Made by a program: the position numbers and the translations under genes. A stretch of DNA of 62,140 bases, counting the filler, from Hausera hauseri (taxonomy: Eukaryota), in assembly GCA_046269625.1 (NCBI GenBank). It is 12 parts of 12 records of this genome, joined end to end, with 100 filler letters (N's around TTAATTAATTAA, not from the genome) between each part and the next. Parts side by side here need not be neighbours in the genome. Positions count along the whole stretch, not along the records: positions 25,254 to 30,365 come from JBJURY010331604.1; positions 30,466 to 36,583 come from JBJURY010138427.1; 10 more parts are not named here. One strand, written 5' to 3'. Every line of letters begins with the position of its first letter. Within the stretch, counting starts at the first letter, position 1. The notes under the pieces are model-generated. The model ran no database searches and was not told the DNA's origin. It saw only the letters and a list, made by a program, of their open reading frames with translations. Below are positions 25,154 to 36,683 of this stretch, in pieces.

Positions 25154-25253
25154 NNNNNNNNNNNNNNNNNNNNNNNNNNNNNNNNNNNNNNNNNNNNTTA
25201 ATTAATTAANNNNNNNNNNNNNNNNNNNNNNNNNNNNNNNNNNNNNNNNNNNN

Positions 25254-26055
25254 CCGCCATATCCCAAGGAGGAATTTATGCGCAACAGAATTTAAAGGAC
25301 TATCGGCGGATGTTATTGTTTCCTCAGCAGAGACAACGAGTTAACGGAATTAACAAGAAGAGTGATGTGGGACGGAGAAGGATCACCACAATGGGAAAAA
25401 ATAATGGGAAAGGACTACTTAAAGAAAGTAACGAGGAATGTCATGGAAAAGATGTGGGGAAAATTTTTGTGTTTTGGTCAGGCTGCTTCAGGATTTTTAG
25501 CCATATATTTTATCATCAGTGCTTTACGGACAATATTTACTGCACTGGGTAAAGCTTACGGAATACATGCAGCAGTAGGTTGCTCATGGAAAATCCTCCT
25601 AGCAGTAATACCGGCGGTTGCCAGTTGTTTTCTAGCAAACCATGACGCCAAATGGAAAAAAAATTCTTAAAGGAAGGAATAATGATATTGACAAGAATTC
25701 ACCATATAATACCCTAAACGATAAAAATGATGATGATGAAAATAATTCAAATGTTAAATTGAGACGTGGTAGATATTTAACAAAACTTAGAAGATTTTCC
25801 TTAAGATCCCGAAGACAGAAGTATAAACGGAAATTGGTTACTGATTTACCTCAGTTACATCCGACAGACGAATACCACGGACAAATATATAGCAAACAGA
25901 TTCTAAGTCTTTCGGCTCCTCAATATGTGAAACACGGAGGAATGTACCTCACATATCATATATTACGCGTAAAACAAGATTATGAAGAAAAACACGCGTT
26001 ATATGTTCGTGAATCCACATGTAAAACGAATGATAAAAAGGGCCCCAGTCGGTGA
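25254..26055 (+). pseudogene. C-terminal part (TM and cytoplasmic tail) of a chuvirus-like glycoprotein, directly upstream of pol
   Basis: MLLFPQQR..WEKIMG..GKFLCFGQAASGFLAIYF..GCSWKIL aligns with 17305-17709; FGQAASGFLAIYF is identical. Confidence 0.85.
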
Positions 26056-29000
26056 TTAGACCAGAAATAGACACTGAAGTAGATGGACATCCCTTAACAG
26101 CTTTAATAGATACGGAATTTACTACTACAATAATAGGAAAAAGTCAATTGCCTAAAGAATTAGCAAGAAAATTACGAAAGCCAGAAGAAACGTTAATTAA
26201 CGTTGGAGCGTTCGGTATGGAGGAGGAAATAAAGACAGTCTTAGATGCGAAAATTAAAATCCATGACCAGATAATAAACCATACGATAAGAGTGGCCAAG
26301 AACTTAACCAACGAAATATTGATCGGATGTGATGTATTACAGCAACTGGATAACGTGTATATAGATGTCAAAACTGGCCAGCTTAAAACATTCGGAAATC
26401 GATATGAAGGATCAGTCTCATTAACTAAAGATGTTGTGATTCCGCCACGTTCTGAGATAATAGTATGCGGCAAGATAAAATATACATCACCGATGAACTA
26501 CGTACACTTTGAACCATTCCCACAGATAATGGAGAAATACAACATCCTTGTTGCACCACACATAGACAGGATAAGAGACGGAAAAATTCATTTGAGAATT
26601 TGCAACACAGGATCAAAAGCGAAACGGCTGAACAAGAATATGAGACTTGGGCAAGCCATAGGCGTCGAAGAAATATCAAAAGGGACAGTTAACTCAGTAA
26701 TCACGGAAGTGGAAGAGATAGAGAAACTGATGATGAAGAAGTTGAAAGGAAAAATGAATAAGGGTAAAGACGAGAAGGAAATTACCCGCATTGATTGGAA
26801 AGAGAAATTACAAGACTGTAACATATCTAATGAAGAAAGAAGAATGCTCATCCAGCTACTGAAGAAAAATAATAATCGATTCGCCCAGAATGATTACGAT
26901 TTGGGAAAGATGAACGTTATACAACATGTGATTAAGTTGAAGGAAGACCAAAACAAGCCTATAAAGAAGCGACCATATTGACTGGCATATGATAGAAAGG
27001 AAGAAGCTCGTAAAATTATAAACGAAATGAGGGGAAATAAAATAATACGACCTAGTTGGTCCCCATGGACGGCTCCAGTAGTGATGGTGAAAAAGAAGGA
27101 TGGAACTATGAGATTTTGTATAGATTATAGAGTATTAAATTAAATTACGAAAAAAGACACATATCCGTTGCCAATGATCGACGAAATATTAGATAAGTTA
27201 CATGACTCAACTATATTTACCACCATCGACCTACAAAAAGGATATTGGCAAATTGAAGTAAAGGAAGAAGATAAGCCGCAAACAGCTTTTTTGATGGGTG
27301 AAGGGTTATGGGAATTTAATAGAATGCCATTTGGATTAAAGAGTGAGCCCCCAACCTTTCAAAGAGCAACAGAACTACTGCTTTTAGATGCACCACACGC
27401 TATGGTATACATAGATGATATAATTGTAGCATCGTCGGATTTTCAACATCACCTGAAAGATCTGCAGGATCTCTTTGATAGATGTAAAGTAATGGGTTTA
27501 AAAATAAACCCAAAGAATGCTCATTTGCCCAAACCGAAGTCGATTTTCTCGCACATCAAGTTGATAGATATGGTGTGAAACCTTAAGACAGACTACTGAA
27601 CAAAATTCAAGATTTCCCAAAACCTACTACCGTTAACGAACTACGCAGATTCTTAGGACTAACAAATTACTACCGAAGATTTATAAAAAATTTTAGTAAA
27701 ATAGCCAAACCATTGTACGAGTTGTTACGAGAGGATTTGGAAAAGGTGATATGGACCAGTGATTGCCAGAAGGCTTTTGAAGACTTGAAAGAAAGATTAG
27801 TGAGTGCTCCTATTCTGATTTATCCTGATATGACTAAACCATTCATATTAGCTACAGACGCAAGCGACTATGGAATAGGAGCGGTGTTGTCACAAAAAGG
27901 TGAAGATGGTAAAGAACATCCAGTTGCCTATGCGTCGAGAAAACTAAATAAACATCAAAAGAAATACGCCGTCATTGAAAAGGAATTACTAGCAATAATA
28001 TTTGCCTTAGAAGTATTCTCACCGTATATTAGTGAGAATAAACCCTTGATAATATACACAGACCATCGACCACTACAATGGCTGAAGAAACACGAGAATC
28101 CCAATAGCAGACTATTACGATGGGCTTTAAAACTCCAATCTTATACATTAGATTTTCAGTATAAGCCCGGCACGCGAAATGCAAATGCGGATTACTTATC
28201 CAGGTTGCCGCAAAAAGAAGCAGAAAAGAAAGAGGTAATTGCAGAAGTATGGAGCATGGAAGGATCGGTCGAAAAGATAAAAGAGAATCAACGAAAAGAC
28301 GAGGAAATAAAAGCCATTAGAAATTACATACAAAATAAAATTATACCAAAGGATAGAGAATTAACTCGTCATTTAACCAGATTTGGCGATGCGTATGAAG
28401 AAAAAGATGGATTTTTATATTATATTCATCAAAATGGACCTGTGCTAGTAATCCCAAAGAAGAATATGGCAGTATTACTAACCCAATATCATGATGGATT
28501 ACTAGGCGGACATCAGTCAGTAAGAAAAACTGTAAACAAATTGAAAATAAAATATTTCTGGTCTACGATGGCAAAGGATGTACAAGATTGGTGTAACAGC
28601 TGCAATCTCTGTGCCACACGGAAGAATACAGGATCTAAATTTAAAGCCCCCTGAAAGTGTGGGATAATCCATCCGCCCCGTTCGAATTTACTGCAATGGA
28701 CATAACGGGACCTTTACCATTGACAAGAAATGGAAATAAATATATCTTGGTATTTATAGATTATTTCACCCGATGGGTTTTCGCACTGCCCATGTCGGAT
28801 ATGAAAGCGGAAACGATAGCTGAAAAATTCGTAGAAAACATCATATTTAACTATAGAGCTCCTCGAATTTTGCTAACGGACCAAGCATCTAAGTTAAATG
28901 GCCATGTGACGCAAGCAATATACGATATTATGAAAATATTAAAACTGCGGTCCACTCCAGGCCACCCAGAAAATAACGGAATGGTTGAAAGGTACGTAGG

Positions 29001-29560
29001 AGATCTAAAAGAAAAGCTGCAAACGGTAGTTAATGTAAGACAAGATGACTGGGATGAGTACATTAATGCGTGTGTCTTTGTGAATCGAACGTCTGTACAC
29101 GAAGCCACTAAAGAGACACCCTTTTATATGATGTACCTAAGAGATGCCCGGTTACCGATTGATCTGGATTTTAATGTTAGGCCCATATCTCAGTTAATGG
29201 AGGTAGAAGAATATAAACAATTAATGCAGGAACGTCTCCAATTAGCATATAAAGTAATTAAGGATAACCAGAAGGAATATAAAAGGAAGTATAAAAAGTA
29301 TTATGACGAAAAGACGAAACAACCGATAATTAAAGTGGGAGATAAAATGATGTTATACACACCGTTAAATAAGAAATGAAAGACATCCAAGCTAGGTAGA
29401 CCTTATAAGGGACCATACGAAGTATAAAAAGTAGACCTACCGAATGTATTTTTGAAGAAAAATAACACAAAAATTAAAGTACATCTTAACAGGTGCAAAC
29501 AAGCACATAAGGAAAGCGAATTGAGAAATGATGAACAGGAGTTAGTACGGACCATCAGTT
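26052..29560 (+). mobile_element. Near-complete Ty3/Gypsy pol (PR-RT-RNaseH-integrase) with few lesions
   Basis: [90 protein letters not shown] and YKGPYEV. Confidence 0.95.
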
Positions 29561-29579
29561 ATAAAAAGAGAAGTTATAA

Positions 29580-30365
29580 AACTTTAAGTTACGAAGTAAT
29601 TGGGTGGTTCTGTTTTTTGGTCCTCATAGGAATACCTGGCGTATTTGCTCAAACGACAAAATCATTTGATCCATAGATGGAAATATTCCATTTAAGTGAA
29701 ACGTTAGAAAATAGTCTGATGAGAAACATTGATCATGAGATAACCTATACAAGGAAAGGCCAAAAATGTATCAGATTTACAACATTTGAAAGACTACCCA
29801 ACAAATATATGGTAGGAATTCAAGTAATCCATGAGCATAATTACGAATGAAGCTCTAAACAACGAAAGTATGATTGCGGTCTTAATTATTGGAGGAACAT
29901 AAGGGATTGTATAGTAGACAATTCTGGTAATTATCTCATATATTATGCCCTGATCANNNNNNNNNNTAGTTATCAATGGCAATATACCAAGTGTCAAGGT
30001 ATAATACAAGTCCCTAATAGACGAACAATGAACGTAACCAAACTCAACGAGATAATAGTAACTCAAGTCACCGTTAGGCCGATAGAATTTAAAAGCGGAC
30101 GAACTTGTATCGAAGTTAAAACAATGATAGAGTTGCAAGAGAATAGAGTAATAAGTATAACACTTACTAATGTTCAAAAGAAGCAAAAAATACCCACAAA
30201 ATGCCAATTGTCTGATAAACATCTCCGAGTTTGCTGTAACGCCTTACGAGGAAGAACCTACGACTTGAAATTTATGCTATACGCAAGGATTTAGAAAGCA
30301 TCAAAACATTAACTCACCAAGGGCCCAGAACATATGTTCCACTCAAAAATGTTATTGAACACAAA
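29580..30365 (+). pseudogene. Second membrane glycoprotein (GP2), with a signal peptide continuing from the integrase tail
   Basis: VIGWFCFLVLIGIPGVFA/QTT signal, then KCIRFTT, YDCGLNYWRNIRDCIV and TCIEVKT..NRVISITLT..PTKCQLSDKHLRVCCNALRG. Homologous to 2841-3900. Confidence 0.7.
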
Positions 30366-30465
30366 NNNNNNNNNNNNNNNNNNNNNNNNNNNNNNNNNNN
30401 NNNNNNNNNTTAATTAATTAANNNNNNNNNNNNNNNNNNNNNNNNNNNNNNNNNNNNNNNNNNNN

Positions 30466-31260
30466 AGCAAATAATCCTTTTGAGAAAGATTTCTTCAAGT
30501 TGAAGAACAATAGCTTATATGGGAAAAGAGTTAAAAACCTGTGAAAAGGTCAAATTCGAGACTGTATAATAATGCTATAAAGCTAGTTACTAAGGAGGCA
30601 CAGTTTAAAAAGAGCATTATTATAGCCGATGATCTAGTTGCTGTTCTTCTCGATAAAGACATGGTCACCTTAGATGGACCCTCATACATTGGTCAGGCTG
30701 TACTTCATCTTTCTAAGTTGAGAATGTATGAGTTGAATTACATTGAGTTGGAGTCATATAGGCACCAGTTCCAGTGTGAACGTAATGTTGTTGCTGGTGA
30801 CACTGACAGTTTCTTTCTTGAATGTCACGGTGTTGATTTGCGAGCACAGCTCTTACCGGCAATGATAGCTAATGAACATTTGGACACTTCGATCTATGAT
30901 AAGAGTGATCCATTGTACTCGATTCGTTTCCCTCTGTAATTGGCAAATTTAAAGACGAAAGTAAGGTCTGCTTTCAATATGAAGAGGCAATTTTTCTATG
31001 ACCGAAATCCTATGCCCTCAAAACCCAAACTAAACCAGTGCTCAAATGCAAGGGCATTAATCTTGAACAGTCCAATTTGCAGTTCAGCAACTACTTACAA
31101 ACATATGAAACAGGTTGCAGCACCATGGTGGATCAGGAACGAATTGGCACCAAAAACTATCAGCTGATGACAATCCATTCGAGAAAAAAGGCATTGGATC
31201 CATTAGATGACAAACGTCAGTGAATAACAAAGAATAAAATTGTCGCATATGGACATTGTT
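30466..31260 (+). pseudogene. Polinton/Maverick pPolB C-terminal part
   Basis: KLKNNSLYGK, YIGQAVLHLSKLRMY, AGDTDSFF, KCKGI and LDPLDDKR..AYGH. Confidence 0.92.
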
Positions 31261-31523
31261 GTATTCAAACTGTAAACATTTAATTGTGTTGTAACTGTTA
31301 TATTAATAAATCTTTGTTTTATGCTGTTTTTTTGTTAGCAATTTACCAAAATTTAAACAAAAAAAATTTTTGGAGCGAAATTCAAACTTTTAAGTCCGCC
31401 TACAATCCATGCAGTAAGCGTAGTTGCGTGTGTCACATTCACAATTGTGTATCCTATCTGCACCCTATTAAACGTGCATGTATGCATCATATTTTAAAAT
31501 TTTCTGGAATAAGTTGCGGTTAT

Positions 31524-32403
31524 TTAAAAAGATCGGTTTATTTGAAGATTTTTTAATATGGGCTTACGTGTGACTTTTATTTGTGCGACAGCGGATACAC
31601 CATTTCTCTGGCCAATTTGATTCTTTTGGCCATATTTTAAACAAAGTTGTTTACAGTCCACCATAAGATTGTAATGAGATAGAAAATTAGACCCTAGAAA
31701 AGCTGTCTGGACATTTGCAACGGTAAATGTCCAGATAAACTTTGAAGTAAAGTTTGGCAAAGTGAAGGAGAGTCTAGAGGTGCCGGAAACGTGTAACGAT
31801 TGCCCAGAAGCTGTAAAAAGGAATTTTGTTTTAGATGGTACATTTTCGAGTGGATAGGTGAGCGGTAATAACGATATAGCTGCACCTGTGTCGACAAGAA
31901 AGTTTATGTACTGAGATGGTGGTGTTATGGTAGAAGCTTTCAACGTGAATGCCGCAAAAAAAAAGTTTTCGGTTATGTAAATGCGAAGAATGGCCGTCAC
32001 CAGTGCTCGCCGTAAACTCTGGTGGCGGAGTTAGTTTTTTGAAAGAGGGGGACCTGGAAGGCTGTTAAAAGTAAAGCTACATGTTCTTCGTTTGAATGCT
32101 GTGTGTTGTTGTTAAAAGTGCAACCTGTGATATATTTGTATGCATTATGTCTCAATTTTGCACGGTATATGCAAACGATGTCGTTAGTATGGTACTTCTG
32201 GGTGTAAAATTTGCACCCAAAATGGCATTTTTGTGCTTTTTATCGAATCTACCGTGGTAATAGCAAATCAGTGATTGCCCAGGCGAAGGTGTTCGACCTC
32301 TAGGTACAAAACGAGTACGGTTAGAAACAAAACCTCCCCGTCGAGTCAAGGAAATCTCGTTCAGTTTATTGTTGATATTACTTATCGTTGTTTGTAAGAC
32401 CAA
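31524..32403 (-). mobile_element. Gypsy gag C-terminus and protease fragment (Ubl-Gag family)
   Basis: ICYYHGRF, AAAAAAC-TAA at 32040-32031, FLVDTGAAISLLP and AFLGSNFLSHYNL. Confidence 0.9.
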
Positions 32404-32668
32404 CAGTCCAGTGTTATTGCTGTATGTTTGAACGGAAAAACTAAATCAGCTTGGATGGCATCCATCGAGGGTCCTTCGGAATCGGGTTACACTGGTGAGT
32501 TGTCTTACCTCATTGTTAAAATATCGCATGATTTTCCAAAATTATCAAAAATGATACAACGTATCGCACTTCTGTTATAAATAATGAAGCACCAGATGTT
32601 CAAATCAGCAATTAAAACGCAGGGGTTTTGGGCACGACTGCGTCCCCGTAGCGCACTATACCCTTAAC

Positions 32669-35600
32669 ATGACGCACACCCTTTCCTTATCCTTCTTTAT
32701 CTTCAGAATCAACACATCCACGTACATAACACACGCTAAGGCAACAGTTGAAGATTTGTTTGAAGAGCTGACTCATCGAATTAACTTTAAAAACTTTATA
32801 TTAAACATAAAAGGATATCATCTTCATGATTGTGATTTAGTATCATCATTTTTATCTCCACGTTCACCACTAATAATTACGTTATCTCCCCGCCTATTCG
32901 GTGGTTCCGATACCAAATCATCACTAAACTATTCCTATGCACGCACCGATATTCCCACGATGCATATTCCTCTCAAACAGTCTTGTTTAGTCCTACCTGC
33001 AGCATCCTCATTAGTCAATTTCCAATGCGTTGACTATTTTACTGATAAACAACATTACAGTCGTGCATGGCTGGAATTCCATGCACAATGGCTAAAATCA
33101 AATAAAATCACCGACCCTTTCTTCAAGGCAAACAGACTATTAATCCTTTTACCAGCCAGTCTTAAATCACTGCTCCCAAACCTTTCCGAAATTTCTGAAA
33201 CCGCAGACCCATACGAAACACTTTTTAACGCTTCTAAAACTCACCGAGCCTTTTCTGGATAACATTAGCCAGAAATATTTCAACGAGAACACCATAGTCA
33301 CGTTAAAATCCTCAGAATTTCTTCAAACCTCACTAACTCAGTTGAGTATTCTTGGCGTTAATCAAGCAAACAACGCCGATTTAGTACGCAGATATTATCT
33401 GCAGTCTTTATCTAGAGACATAAGTGCACTGTTGACCATAGTAGAGGAAACATTGTCACTACAAAAACTAGCACAATTGGCTGATGAAAGCCACGCGATA
33501 TTACATGCACATGCAGCCGGATTAGTCGCTGCTACGCGACAAACATCAAAAACACAACGGATTAACGACATATCAAAATTGAACTGCCAAATAAATTCTT
33601 TACGTACCGAAAATGCCAACATACACCAAGCAATTTCAGCACTTACAGCGAAAATTGAAACCTTAAAAATGCCTAGACGAAATCGTTTCAATGTGAACCA
33701 TAGCCGCGCTTCGTCTCAAAATTCGAAAAGTGCGATGTCTCCTACACGATCAATGGTGTGTGACTACCACACCAAATTTAAAAATAACGCAATGAAATGC
33801 TGCTTAGGTTGCAGATTTTATTCCGCCATTTCAAACGATCCGATATTATCTGCATATACCATAATAAGTTCAACTCCAAAGCACAGAACTGCGTTACAGG
33901 TTGCACCTTCGTTAACCGATCGAATCCATCACAACTTACACCTTCCAACAACATAAATCCTGTGCCTCCAAACAACTTTTAAAGCCTCCAGGTGTTTCGG
34001 CATATACTGGCACAGGCAAACGTTTTTATCCTGATAGCCGTACTTATGCCGTTTTCACATTGAAAGCCTTCTTAACATCCAAATCCAATCATTCTATCAA
34101 CTTCCTTATTGATTCAGGGGTCGCTGTTTCTTTGTTACCACCATCCATCAAAACACCATCCATCTCACAATCTAAAACCAAATTGTATACAGCTAACGGC
34201 TGAGCATTACGAAGTTTCGGCACGTCCAAGGTTTCATTCACATTACCACCATTCTCCAACATTTTCAATTGGACTTTCATCGTCGCCGACACACAATCCC
34301 CAATACTTGGCTCTGATTTACTATCTTTCTACGACATTCTTGTACACTGTAGACAATGTCGTATCATTAAAAGCAGTTCAACAAAGCCAACCTCCACAAA
34401 TAACCCACCTATCACGCAGCCTATCTTGTCTATAAAATCGATATTAAAGAAACCATCAGCTAACGTGAATAAAAACCTTATTACTACCTATATAAATAGT
34501 CATACGTTTCTGTTGAAGTCCGATTTGGGCGGCCCCATTTCTACCGTTTCTTGCACAAAATCCGATCAGTCCACGGTCATAACAACAACAGCCTTTACTA
34601 AGCTTAATAAAGAATTGCAACAGTATTTAACCCAGTCTTGTTTCCATACAATAAAAAAGATCCAGCATTTTGACCGACTGGCACAACGTTCCATTATATA
34701 ATCAAAGAAAATCCTAGGCCCGTAAGGCAAAAACTCCGCCCACTTTTACCACACCGTCGATTGGCAGTCCATGCGGCATTCTCTGCACTTGAGCAAGCTG
34801 GCATAATAAAACGCTCAAAATCAACGTGGGCATCACCACTCCACCTCGTCCCAAAAAAGGTGACACATTCAATCCATGCGGCGATTATCGCCAACTTAAT
34901 GATGTCATTACCATGGATGCTTATCCTCTACTTTTGATTAAGGATATATTACATTCTTTACACAAGACCACAATTTATTTGACTATAGATCTCGAAAAAG
35001 ACTACCACCAAATACCGGTAGCACCCGAAGACATCCAAAAACGGCCATAATAACTCATTTTGGTCTTTTTGAATATGCATTCATGCCGTTTGGTTTAAAA
35101 AACGCAGCATAAACTTTTCAACGACACATTCTTTCAGTCCTTTCAGGTTTGCCATTTGTATATCCGTACATTGATGATATACTAGTCGCATCGATATCAC
35201 CCAAACAACACGAATAACATCTCCGACTAGTTTTCCAACGCTTACACAACTACAATTTGCAAGTGAACTTTTCTAAGTGTTCCTTCTTTCAAAAAAGGTC
35301 AATTTCCTTGGCCATGTCATCACACATGAAGGTCACAGTCCACAGCCTGATAGAATTCATCAGTTACAATGCATCGAGCTACAAAACACCACTACTGACA
35401 TGCTTAATTTCTTTGGGACTTTACATTTTTTTCATAAATACGTTCCATACTATAGTCAGTTAACTGCTGCTTTCGCCAAACTAGGAGCGCAGCTGAAGAA
35501 AAAATTTGTATATTAAACGCCAGAACTTGTAAACCAGTTTGACGAACTCCGCGTAAAGCTTAAAACAGTTAAAATCTTGGCTTATCCAAAACCTGATGCC

Positions 35601-36583
35601 GACCTCATCCTGACAACCGACGCATCAACCACCACCGTCGAAGCGGTGCTCCATCAAATATCTCAGGGTACAAATGGGCCACTAGAATTCTTTTCACATA
35701 AGCTTCAGCAACAAGAACGCCGTTATTCCACCTTCGATAGAGGCCTCTTGTCAATTGTTTTAGCTCTTAAACATTTTTCACATTTGCTTATCGATTGTTC
35801 CTTTACCATCCAAACGGACCACAAACCTCTCGTTCACGTAATGAACATGAAAAAACCATCACTTGGAAAAGAACGCCATATCTTATATCTGTCAACATTC
35901 AATTTTAAAATTTACCATATTTCTGGCACAGATAATTTAATAGCCGATTTCTTCTCACGGTCGGTCGGTGCAATTAGTGTTACGCCTATATTCTCCAAGG
36001 AACAATTGATCCGAAATTCCCCTTCCACTGAAATTCTGAAACAATACAAATCCCTGCAAATCATCGATGGAGTAGCCATGGACACTTCGACACCTGGGTA
36101 ACATTCGCCAATTTTCGCACCTTTTCTTCAACAAACAGCATTTAACAGTATTCATTCGTTGCATCACCCAGTTTCAAAGGCTACATTCCGCTTTCTCAAA
36201 CGTCACGTAACATGGCCATCGATGCGGTCTGAACTACAGAGCTGGGTTAAACAATGCGTGGCTTCCCAAAGGTTCAAGGTAGCCAAGCATCTTAAACCAC
36301 AATTATTCCATTTTCCCTGCACGTCCCGTTTTGAATCTGTACACCTGATATCGTCGGCCCATTACCTTCTGATAAAGGCCACCAATTTGTTTTAACAATG
36401 ATGGACCGCGCATCTCGTTGGCCTGAAGCTGTTCCTTTGCGCTCCATCAACATCGACTCTATAGCTGATGCCTTTATAAGGGTCTGGATTAGTAGGTTCG
36501 GTTCAACACGTTATATCATCACAGATCAAGGTCCCCAGTTTGAATCGAACCTATTCAAATCATTAGTTAGTCGACTGGGCATA
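32669..36583 (+). mobile_element. Gypsy element: Ubl-Gag, PR, RT, RNase H and integrase start (degraded)
   Basis: 79-aa Ubl ending RLFGG (32669-32905), Gag with two CHCC motifs, FLIDSG, PCGDYRQLN, YIDDIL, LTTDAS, TDHKPL, SRWPEAVP and TDQGPQFES. Confidence 0.93.
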
Positions 36584-36683
36584 NNNNNNNNNNNNNNNNN
36601 NNNNNNNNNNNNNNNNNNNNNNNNNNNTTAATTAATTAANNNNNNNNNNNNNNNNNNNNNNNNNNNNNNNNNNNNNNNNNNNN

